Under the pieces are notes generated by a model. It was not told the DNA's origin. It saw only the letters and a list, made by a program, of their open reading frames with translations, and did not search any database. A DNA stretch of 41,858 nt from Craspedostauros australis (lineage: Eukaryota), in NCBI GenBank assembly GCA_030167865.1, contig JALAGF010002898.1, forward strand, positions 1-41,858, in the 5' to 3' direction. A program made the translations under genes and the position numbers. Position 1 is the stretch's first letter; the number at the start of each line of letters is the position of its first letter. Below are positions 1 through 9,611 of the stretch, piece after piece.

Positions 1-732
1 CAAATGCAAGTTCTGCAGGTGCGACGAAACCACCCAGAACGTGTTGCAATGCCCAGAACATCACGAGGCATGGACGATCGCCACCTCGAACCTAGTGGAT
101 CGCATGGCGGAGATTGGAACATCCCCACGATTGGTTAGGAACATGAGAGTGGGTTTGGTTTGGTGAAATGGAGGAGGAACGTAGGCTCGAATGACACACA
201 AAGTGCCATTGGATGGTCCCCACTACTGGTAGGGCTTCTGCACGAGGACTGAAAAAGCCAGTAGGAGCACTGGATGATGACGCACAAGTGCTGATATCCA
301 GACGCAAAAGCATGGGCTTGGGAAATGGTGTGATGGATACGGAAAGTGCCCTGGGAGGTGTGGATGACCAGGAACGCCAAAGTGCATGACGAAGAACAAC
401 ACCCGGCCGCGAGGGACTTGCGCAGGCAGGTACGGAGACTGATACAAGGTGCGAGCCAGGACATCAACGAATCAGAGCTACATCTACTCCAAGAAGGCTG
501 CAGTATCAAGTACGGTACGGAGAAACAAATGAAACAGTGGGTGAACTCTATGATAGCCATCCAAGCGGTGGTGAAAGTGCGGCAACGATCGCAAACGATA
601 CAAGCCAAGAGGCGAGCATGGCGTCGTGGCTGGGGATGGCTTGAGAAGGGACACTTGACAGCTCGCTCAACACATGGCCCCACGGGGCCTATGGAGGCGA
701 GAGTAAAGCCTTTTGGCACGTCTATGATGTAA
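1..732 (+). mobile_element. Degenerate 3' end of a non-LTR retrotransposon ORF2 (L1/Ambal-like), truncated by the window edge
   Basis: From base 2 the frame reads KCKFCRCDETTQNVLQC, a CxxC..ET..(H>N)....C zinc knuckle. After a frameshift at GGTTTGGTTTGG (~152-163) it continues Q..IGWSPLLVG.....*...Q ... W...V.......WEVWMTRNAKVH, resembling the Trp-rich C-terminus of non-LTR RT proteins. In-frame stops at 250, 262, 292 and 331. Confidence 0.65.
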
Positions 733-1755
733 TCACTGAGTTATTTATTTATTTTGCATACCAAAGAAATAGCCATTGTGCTCCATGACATTATATAATA
801 TAATTATGTGTTGTGTGGTATTCGCAAGTGTTGCTGTTGCAGCTGACGCGCAGGGGTGCCACTACCAACACTGTGCTGCTTTGCACAACACGCCCGAAGG
901 AGGAAACACGCAACCGAGCCAAATCGTCGACAACGTGAGGAATCAACGCGACACCGAATTTGCCACAACATCACCATCCACACCATTGAATACAATCGTG
1001 GTCTGACATCGACCGTCGTTGACGTCAGCATTTTCGTCCACGCTGAAGACAAGTCAGCCAGGTANTTGTGTCGTAGAAGCTAGCTAATTAAATATGGCCC
1101 TAATGGACAACACGCCACATCGTTTGCCAAAAAAGTCATGTTGTCCGATAAAAAATCGGCAGGATACTACCTTTTTGTCCTGAATGGGGTCGTAGGGCGA
1201 TGCTCCTTGTGATGTTACGTTACGAGCGCACGCAAACAATAAGCCACCTCAAGAACGACTCCGCTCCAGGATACGGGTCGAACACTCGGCGACTGGCGGA
1301 TGCATGCCATCAGACCGCAGAGTCGTCATTGGAGCATGGACAAGCCGGCACCACCGAAATTGAATCGTGATGTGTGTCGTTCGATGGAGTTGACGCTCCG
1401 TGGGATTCGAAACAGACAAAAAGTTTCCGCCACCTGCGTTTCGGCATCAGAGGGAGGTACTCTACTCGATAGGAGAGTGCGGTGTCGTCCTCGTATTGGT
1501 ATTACTCTCAATCTCTATTTACAAATGGGTGGATGATTGATGATGAGCCTGCGAAGCACGACAAGTATCAGGAAACATGGCGAGTGGAGGCGCTGACCTT
1601 CGGACATTGCGCAGACTGTTGTCCTGGCTTGGTTAAACGGATGAGTGATTGATTGATCGGTCGGTGGCGCCAGCACTGCAACGAGGACGAGACCGCGTAG
1701 ATGCTGGGGGGCAACGACGTTTTCGAACTCCTCTCTGTTCTACGTTGTGCTCCCC

Positions 1756-1773
1756 CTCTCTCTCTCTCTCTCT
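1756..1773. repeat. (CT)9 microsatellite abutting the trypsin stop codon
   Basis: Read directly from the sequence. Confidence 0.9.
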
Positions 1774-4557
1774 TTAGCAATCTTTGCCAAGGCAGAACCG
1801 GGTGCCCTCCCGTATTGATTTCTTGAGTTTTGGTCCGCCGCTGGCCAATAATCTGTCAGGACCGGTGTCGGAGAGTTCGTACATGTTGTAGAAGCCTGCG
1901 AGGATGGTTCGGTGTCGATCATATTATATTAGAGCAGATGGAAAGAGGGGTGGCGAGAGGCAGAGATGTTGATCCATTGACAAGAAAAGCAAAACGAATG
2001 GCATGTGAAGGAGTACGCAAGTGTGAGATGGATCGTTGCATGCATCGCACAGGAACAGCAGCAGCATCATGAGAGCAGATCTGATGTGTTGGTTGCCTGC
2101 TTCTTCGTTCGTACCTTGTAGCCCCACAGTCAGACCATCACCGTACTCGTCGAGGAAGACGAATTTGTAGTTGCCAGGCAGCAGTTCGACGTATTCTGAG
2201 AGGAAAGTTTTCGCTTCGGACGGTGGGACCGTGCCCACTTTCTTCTCGACTACGACGTTGTTGGACCCATCTCGGATGACCCAGCCAGTATCCTCCGGGT
2301 ACTCATCGTGCAACACGTCAATGCGCAAGCGATGCAGCACCACAACTTCTTCCGGTGGATCCTCCGTTGTTTCCGTAGTGGTGGAATTCTCCTCTTCTGC
2401 TGTTGCGTTCGTTGTGTTTGATGTATCTGTAGTGTTTGATGTATCTGTAGTGTTGAAAGTGTCTGTGGTGTTGAAAGTGTCTGTGACGTTGGTCGTATCT
2501 GTCACATTGACGACTTCGGTGACATTGGATAGCACATCTGTGGTGTTCGTGGTGTTCGTTTGAGTTGTGTTATCAAGTCGTTCCTTCAGCACCTCTTCCG
2601 GTTCATTGCATGATAGTGGTGGGTTGTCGGATAGAGCGCAGATTTGGTCCTGGATCCATGAATAGTAGGTGCTCACACGTGCGTACACACCAGGATATGC
2701 AGCACGGGCACAACCGACTCCCTGTGGTCGAAGAGTTGAATGATGTTGGGAAGGGGGACGTGACAGGACGAATGGATTGTTGTGATGAAATCATGGTGTG
2801 AGATGTGAGGTGATTTGACTTGATTTGATGCGATCTAATCCTATCAGATGCCGGCCAATGGCATCTTCCTTCTCAAGCGTATCCATCGAAGCGATGGATA
2901 CCCCATTGCATTGCCTTTTCATCGCCTTCGCAATGCCTGTATGGTACTTACCCATGACACGACACCAACTTGAAAGGTGCCGATTCTCGTGTCTCGCAGC
3001 ATCGGGCCACCGGAATCACCCTTGCAGCTATCGACACCGTCATCGGAAGCGCAGATCATCGTGGTGCCGTTGTAGTAGCCGCCGTAGATATCGCTGCATT
3101 CCTTCCTCGTGTAGTATTTCACTTCAGCCTCTTGCAGGATTTTGGATTTCTTCCCCCTTTCGCTGGTTCGGCCAAAGCCTGCAATTGTGAGGGCGTCATC
3201 TTTCTGCAAGGTGATGCTCCCATCATCTAAATCCGCAAGTTCCTTTTCGTACTGTGAGTGTTTGGGTGGGAATGGAGTGAGTGTGAGAGATGCAGACAGA
3301 CAAAAGCGAGACAGTGTTTGTGAGAAAGTTTGCAAGAGAGTGTGGAGGAGGAGGAGGAACTCTGTCACATGCGATTGACTTGCTTTGGTGCTGCGTATTG
3401 CGCTCCGCAAGTGAAGTTCTCATTACATGCATGGCAGCGGTTGAACCGCCACCATGATCACACAGCACGTACCCATCCTCCCAACTTCAAGACCATGACG
3501 TCGTTGTTCCGCTGAGCGCGGTCGTATTCCTCATGCGGGATCATCTTCGTGACTTTGGAATACATGGAGCCGGAGACGCTTGAGGTCTTATCAAAGGCTC
3601 CCACCAACGCGTTGCCACGCCCGTTCGTTTTGTAGCTGCAAGATGACGACAGAATGAATGGATGAATTGGTTAGTTGGTTGGTTGGCTGTGCGAGTAATG
3701 GCAGAAGAAGCGGAAGGCTCCTTATTGCGCACGTGATGACAACGCCAACATCTCACCAGCAACCGTCTGCGTTTGTTGAGACTTACCACTGTGCATGAAG
3801 TGTGCATTGAGTGCCCCAGATGTGGAGTTTGGCGAGTGAAGACAATCACAAGTCGAGAACAAAAGGAACGAGTTTGGTAGAGGGAGTGAGAAACAGAAAT
3901 CCCACCAAATCCACCCACGTGAGCGATAGCAGCATGTTGTCGCATGGCGTCCAGATAATCATCTAACACATCAGCACCTCCGCGATGATTCCTACACAAC
4001 GCTCGATGTACTTACGTGTGCCGATGTGAGGGCGATGTCATTATAAATCAGAGTCGCACCGCATCCGCCCCAGTCCACTGCGATGCCGGGTGCAGGGACG
4101 AGAAAAACGGTGCCGTGCATGGCCGGTCAGTGTCAACAGTGTGCATTGTGTACATATAATAAGAGAAAGATGGTGTGAGGTAGGAATGATTCTGGAAAGC
4201 GCCACATCGGACTCCGTTGTGTGATATTGTGTTGTATTGTATTGTGCTGTGCTGCATCCACCATCACATCACCAGTCAATCAGAGGACGTACCAAAGTAG
4301 GGATAATCTCCCTCCGTCGCATCTTCACCACCCACGATGAAGGCGATAACGCCATCGCCTTCTTCGCTATCAAGCTCTTCCTTTCCATCGGGCCCCGGCG
4401 TATCCGAGTCTGGATCGTTGAACCAGTCTTTGCTTTGCTTCACGAGTTTGCGATTCCTTTGACGCACACGAAGCTTCCGTGGGGTGCGTTGCGGTGCAGC
4501 AGCAGCAACGGAGCTGAGGAGGAGCTGCAACGAGAGGACGGTGATCGGTAGTCTCAT
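1774..4557 (-). CDS. Secreted trypsin-like S1 serine protease with Thr/Asn-rich linker and C-terminal beta-rich domain (7 exons, 506 aa)
   Basis: Exons 4557-4293, 4077-4016, 3788-3787, 3635-3473, 3251-2952, 2721-2115, 1895-1774. All introns are GT-AG and the exons total 1521 nt in frame. Signal peptide MRLPITVLSLQLLLSSVAAA; activation site IVGG; CGATLI...TSAHC (His); NNDVMVLKL (Asp); DSCKGDSGGP (Ser, with S1 Asp); VSWGVGCARAAYPGVYARVS. Confidence 0.93.
2414..2521 (-). repeat. About 6 x 18-bp coding tandem repeat (NTTDTS/NTTDTF/NVTDTT) in the trypsin linker
   Basis: Units such as gtgtttgatgtatctgta and gtgttgaaagtgtctgtg; each encodes an N-x-T sequon. Confidence 0.85.
3787..3788 (-). other. 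Predicted 2-nt micro-exon (TG) of the trypsin gene
   Basis: The minus strand reads ...cttcatgcacAG|TG|GTAAGT...; it restores the frame and the conserved Cys of TSAHC. Confidence 0.85.
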
Positions 4558-5323
4558 GATGCTTTGTCTTCGTTTGTGGATTGCTTTTTATGAGGATTGT
4601 CACGGACAAATCGGAAGAAGCGACACATGGCATCAATCGCTCGCTCTGTCGCTGTGTCTCTCTGTGGTTGATGGTGTTGACGACGACGACCAAATGTTGC
4701 CGATGGGCGTTCCTGTTTGGAAAGAAGGTTTCATGTGCCGATCATTGTTGTTTGGATGTTGTTCAGCCGGCTCGTGCATGACGACACGATCATCACATAA
4801 CACAAAACATGTGCTTTCGAGTCATACACCGAGCCATCGTGTTCCGAATTATGGCATTCACGATCGGCTGCCCAACTAAAAATCCAGAAACGCGAAAGTG
4901 AGAAACCACCAACATCGCTGCGAGCAACGCAGATCGAACCAGTCCACATGTTTGTGGTGAATCAAGCCACAGAGGTGTAGATCGTACTATTCCAGACATC
5001 TTACGAGTACAACATGTACAATAGATACGATGCAACTGTCCATCACTATTCTACTATATTCTACTCTTACACTCGTACAACACTCCAATGCAGTTGATGT
5101 GCACAACGTATTACCATACAGGACAAGTGTGTCGAGTTGAGTGGAGTAGATCAGGACAACAATCCCACCATGATCATGTTGAATGTGGTCCCTATACCCA
5201 CTTTGGGAATCTATACGGATGGTACATGATGCGATTGAGTCAAGGTTGGTGATCACATGGCCATAGCAGATCCACATCTATCTAATCACTACATATTATA
5301 GAATACATGGTATACAGTTTCAT

Positions 5324-6934
5324 TCACGCCCCCACGAGCGTTCGGACACGACCGACGATTTTCCCCATGGCGTGTTGCGGAATGCGGCGATTCGAAGTTG
5401 CGCGCATGTTAATGTACTCATGATGAATCCCCTTGAGCTGACTCATGAAAGCGAAGAAGTTGAGGTGGTTGGAGCTCAATTCCAAGATGTTGACGGAACG
5501 ATGCGCGTAGAGCAGATGCGTCAATCCAGCACCGTGGTTGGCAATGACGATCTGGCTTGATCGAAATTCTCGGACTTGTTCGGCGAAGGGTAATTGCTCG
5601 AGTCGTACGAGATGCACCGACGTGATGCCTGGGATCTGCTGGATGAGCTGCTGCAGCTCATCGAAGTTGCGCAGGATACGTTCGAACGATGCCGCTTTGG
5701 CGCGCGGGTGCGAAATGAATGGGACGCGGTCGATGATGATGACCTTGCCCGGAATTTGCTGTACATCTTCCAGGTGGTACGATTGCAGCACGTGTTGTGC
5801 GAAGATCTCCACCATCTCAGCACTGTCGCACGGTAATTTGCCCCGCCGACGGAACAGAACGTTGTCGTATCCGGGCGGCACGACGATGGCACGTTCGAAG
5901 CATGTTTTGGTATGTGGCAGATGCTTCACGAAGGTGTAGTTGGCAAAGAGTTGCGTCCAAACTGGATCGAGAATGCCCTCCGCGTGCGCATCGAGAAAGA
6001 CGATGTTGATGGGTTGCTTGGCATCGTGCGGCAAGACGAAGAAGGTGTTCCACCAATCGGTGGTGGTGTGGAAAAGGTTGACGTATTCGTAACGCGTGAC
6101 CAAGAGCGTCGTGCCCGGCCATGTCGTTTCGCAAGTGGTGGTGTCACCGACTTGCATGGCATCCAGGATGGACTGCACATGATGCAGGTTGCGCATCGGC
6201 CTGCCGGTCGGTGGCATGCGAGGCGTTTGCTTGATCGTGAATGCACCCTTGGTGTAAACTGGAAATTCCGGTGGCTCCCCACGCCCCATGACCGATTGCA
6301 GTGGCTCCCCGCCGCGGTCGCTGCGTATCTTGGACGCGTCGATCTGCAGCGTTTGGAAAGCGCAGATCATGTCAACGAATCCTGCGGACGACGACCTGCA
6401 GCCATCGTAGGATGGCAATGAGAAGGCGTCGACAGCTGCCGAGCATTGCAGCTTGGGTGATTGCTGTGACAGCTGCGAATGTTGCTGCGCTTGCTGCGAG
6501 CGGCGTGACGATACGATGGATGATGATATAATGGATGATGATACCATGGATGACGATATGATGGATGACGATACATTGGATGATCCTGATGACAATGGCG
6601 CAATGGTTAACGCCGGTGGTTGCTGCGGCGCATTTGTGGACTTGCGCCACAACGAAGCATCGCGTATGTTGTTCTCGCGTTCCTCGTTCGCCTTGTCGAC
6701 AGACGTGAGCTCCATAAAGCGATCCCGCAACGCTGCACCGCCATTGTCCAGCACGTGAGGAAAGGGAACCTTGCGCGTCACGATGTAGACATTGAGACCG
6801 AACGACAAGCAGCTGCCCACGAGGAAGTACGCGAAGCGATTCGCCGATCTCTTCGTTCGCCGCGTGCCTTCATCTTTCCGTGTGCTTGTCGCATCCCGAT
6901 TTTCCGCCTTCGCTGGCGATGGATCGTTGTCCAT
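5324..6934 (-). CDS. Glycosyltransferase family 61 (EOGT/DUF563-like), type II membrane protein, 536 aa
   Basis: Basic N-tail, TM helix FAYFLVGSCLSFGLNVYIV, Ser-rich stem, TRYEYVNLFHTTTDWWN, and the GT61 signature LPFAEQVREFRSSQIVIANHGAGLTHLLY...ILEL. Single ORF. Confidence 0.88.
   Translation of the reverse strand: MDNDPSPAKAENRDATSTRKDEGTRRTKRSANRFAYFLVGSCLSFGLNVYIVTRKVPFPHVLDNGGAALRDRFMELTSVDKANEERENNIRDASLWRKSTNAPQQPPALTIAPLSSGSSNVSSSIISSSMVSSSIISSSIVSSRRSQQAQQHSQLSQQSPKLQCSAAVDAFSLPSYDGCRSSSAGFVDMICAFQTLQIDASKIRSDRGGEPLQSVMGRGEPPEFPVYTKGAFTIKQTPRMPPTGRPMRNLHHVQSILDAMQVGDTTTCETTWPGTTLLVTRYEYVNLFHTTTDWWNTFFVLPHDAKQPINIVFLDAHAEGILDPVWTQLFANYTFVKHLPHTKTCFERAIVVPPGYDNVLFRRRGKLPCDSAEMVEIFAQHVLQSYHLEDVQQIPGKVIIIDRVPFISHPRAKAASFERILRNFDELQQLIQQIPGITSVHLVRLEQLPFAEQVREFRSSQIVIANHGAGLTHLLYAHRSVNILELSSNHLNFFAFMSQLKGIHHEYINMRATSNRRIPQHAMGKIVGRVRTLVGA
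6510..6584 (-). repeat. 5 x 15-bp coding repeat (SSIIS/SSMVS) in the GT61 stem
   Basis: gatacgatggatgat-type units read directly. Confidence 0.85.
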
Positions 6935-7637
6935 GTCAGCTCCGTGTTGGTATGTATGGTGCTACTGGAGGAGGCACTTGTCCGTACGAGTATGGTGCCA
7001 GCTTCAGCAGAGTACAATCGTGGAGTATCGTACAGTATCGTGGAGGACTCTGATACGCCCGTTGGTGCAAACAGAATGCAATCCAACATAGTCATGCATG
7101 AGCCGCCATCGTCAGGTTATTTTCTTCTTCTTCTGACACCGATCGCAATGGCGAATTCGTCACGGTTCTTTCCTTCCTTCTCCTTCTTTGGCATGTGTTG
7201 TCTTCTTTTTTTGAATTGTGTGCGCACAGAGACCTCGTGCGTTGTGACAATAGAGTTCGTGCCGCATATTTCAAACTTGATTCCGTCCACAATGACGACG
7301 GGACATGCTTGTGACTTGCCAGCGAATCCGAAACACGGACAAACCTGCGCATACAACGCGAGGGAAGCGAAAAACGACAAAGTAACGGGTTTCCGTTCCG
7401 CACTTTGCATTTGGCCTCGTTGTGGACACGGGGCGTGACACAATTCGTGGTAGAGAAGCACAGAGTGGTGCAGAGAGAGTGTGGAGAAGAGGAGCGTGGG
7501 CTGTTTTTTGTGCTATTATCAAAGACATCAACAGAACGCACTATTTTTGGCGGACGCCAACGGTGCCACAGAGACTCCCATGACAACAGCGGTCTTGGAG
7601 AGGCTGTTGGAGGAGGTCGATCCAAGAAGGTCACACG

Positions 7638-9488
7638 ATGCCGAATGCCGTTGAGTTGACGTCTGAGAACACCAACGAATTTGAGGCCACCATCAGCCCC
7701 ACCACAAGCTCGGACTCGAAGGATGCCACTGACAGCAGTATCGACAGCAGTAGTATCAGCAGCAGCATCAACAGCAGTAGTAGCATGGAGACAGCACCCA
7801 ATCCATCAGCAGACACTCAAGTGAAGACACCTACGACTACTGATACTCGTACAACCACTCGCACCACTACTCGCACCATGACAGCGGCAAAGGAAGGAGG
7901 AGACCCCATGCGAGGCAGACTGACTCCAGACAAGCCCCAGCGCATCGTGATGAGCAGAGCCTTGACGGATGACGAGAGCTTGCCCAGCATCAAGGGCGTC
8001 ATGACTGAAGACAGCATAGAAAGCGTTCCTTTCGATCAGACAGAGGATCAGCACGGAGAGCAGGATCAGGACGAAGCCTCCCATGCGCAGGACGAGGAGG
8101 ACAAGTTCGTGGCTGCGTCCTGCTCCTTGGTGGGCGAGGTCCTGGTCGATTCCCCCACCAACCACAGCCGCACCGTCCCCAGGTCCTCCGGCATCTCCAG
8201 CTTCTCCAACTTCTCCCCAAAGCACTCGGAAGAGAAGCACCTGCCGTCCTTTCCATCCATCTCTGCATCTGAGGCGGCCAAACGGGCGGATTCGCCACCA
8301 ACGACTTCACCATCAACTCACGCATCCAATTCAGCAACGCCAGCATCACCGACATCACCAACAAACACCCAGCAGAACCCATCATCGCCAACTCAGGCAA
8401 CGCTGCTCACCAGTCCGTCGAGGTCATCAGCGTCCACATCAATGCCAGCATCGACTCGGACGTCCACATCCAATTCAGCAACGGCGTCCAAGTCGACATC
8501 CAGCTCCGTCACATCGATGGGCATCATGGCAGCGAGCTTCGCGTGGATACAGCGACAGCGAAACGGAAGGAGACGGCAGTATCTGCAGGCGGAGGCAGAG
8601 CGTCAGCTCAAGAAGATAGCGGAGGCGGAAAAGAAGGAGAGGCAGGCGTCGTCTTCCTCGTCGTCCTTTCTCGACGAAAACTCGACCTTTCGACAGATGG
8701 CCAGTGCCAGCAACGGCGTTGGTGCTGGCGGTGGTGTTGCTGGTGTCACCAGCACCACGAGATCCTCGTTGTCGGCCATGTCGCAGGATGCGGAGGACAA
8801 TGATGACGGCGTGCGAGTCGCCGATGCTCCCAGCGTCTCCAAATCTGGCGAAGGCGCGTCGGGACACATCGACATCACCAGCCTGCAGGTCGAGGACGAA
8901 TTGTCCTTGACGCCCAGAGTCAGGGTGGAGGAAGAGGAAGCTGATGCTCCCTCGCTCATCCTCAACGACGACCAGATGCATCAGGTGGCCATCCACGTGC
9001 TGCCGTCCACGGTCTCCTACTGCAAATGGAAGCGCCTGTACAGCCTCACGAGGGACGGCGATTCATTCGACGCCTTCCTCCGCATCATGAACGAAGTCCA
9101 GCGCTCGCTGCTGGTCGTGCGCACATCGCGCAACGAGGTCTTCGGCGGATACGCCGGATCGCCGTGGAAGGCGCACAACCAAAAGAACACGCAGTACTAC
9201 GGATCCGCCGAATCCTGCCTCTTCAAGGCTTTCCGGGACAGCGACAAAATACGCGTCCACAAATGGTCCGGCGCCAACCGCTACATCCAGATCTGTGACA
9301 CGTCGCACAAGATGATCGCCTTTGGCGGCGGTGGAGAGGACGGTTCCTTCGGACTCTGCATCGAGGATGATTTTCAGGTCGGCAGCACGGGTCCGTGCGA
9401 TACCTTCAACAACCAACCCCTCTGCGATCAGGAGAACTTCACCATTGTCGAATTCGAGGTCTTTGGATTTCTCACCGGCGTTTTCTAA
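7638..9488 (+). CDS. TLDc-domain protein (OXR1/NCOA7-like) with a long Ser/Thr-rich disordered N-terminus, 616 aa
   Basis: C-terminal KWKRLYSLTRDGDSF...EVFGGY...YYGSAESCLF...KWSGANRY...FGGG...FGLCIEDDF..GST.PCDTFNNQPL...EFEVFG matches the TLDc fold. Confidence 0.92.
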   Translation: MPNAVELTSENTNEFEATISPTTSSDSKDATDSSIDSSSISSSINSSSSMETAPNPSADTQVKTPTTTDTRTTTRTTTRTMTAAKEGGDPMRGRLTPDKPQRIVMSRALTDDESLPSIKGVMTEDSIESVPFDQTEDQHGEQDQDEASHAQDEEDKFVAASCSLVGEVLVDSPTNHSRTVPRSSGISSFSNFSPKHSEEKHLPSFPSISASEAAKRADSPPTTSPSTHASNSATPASPTSPTNTQQNPSSPTQATLLTSPSRSSASTSMPASTRTSTSNSATASKSTSSSVTSMGIMAASFAWIQRQRNGRRRQYLQAEAERQLKKIAEAEKKERQASSSSSSFLDENSTFRQMASASNGVGAGGGVAGVTSTTRSSLSAMSQDAEDNDDGVRVADAPSVSKSGEGASGHIDITSLQVEDELSLTPRVRVEEEEADAPSLILNDDQMHQVAIHVLPSTVSYCKWKRLYSLTRDGDSFDAFLRIMNEVQRSLLVVRTSRNEVFGGYAGSPWKAHNQKNTQYYGSAESCLFKAFRDSDKIRVHKWSGANRYIQICDTSHKMIAFGGGGEDGSFGLCIEDDFQVGSTGPCDTFNNQPLCDQENFTIVEFEVFGFLTGVF

Positions 9489-9611
9489 CATAAAGCGAGT
9501 CACGAGTACCTAGTTTAGTCATGAGTTGGTGAACACCTCATTCGTTTCGTTTTGTGACGTTGTTTTCGTTGGCACAACATCCTCGTCATCATAATTTTGG
9601 AATCGACCACA

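Noticed and set aside
1100-1160. Small inverted repeats (GGACAACA/TGTTGTCC; CCGAT/ATCGG)
   Set aside because: Too short to separate from chance, no TSD or MITE structure, and close to an ambiguous base (N at 1065).
2414-2521. Short tandem repeats considered as a CRISPR-like array
   Set aside because: No spacers; in-frame coding repeats in a eukaryotic gene.
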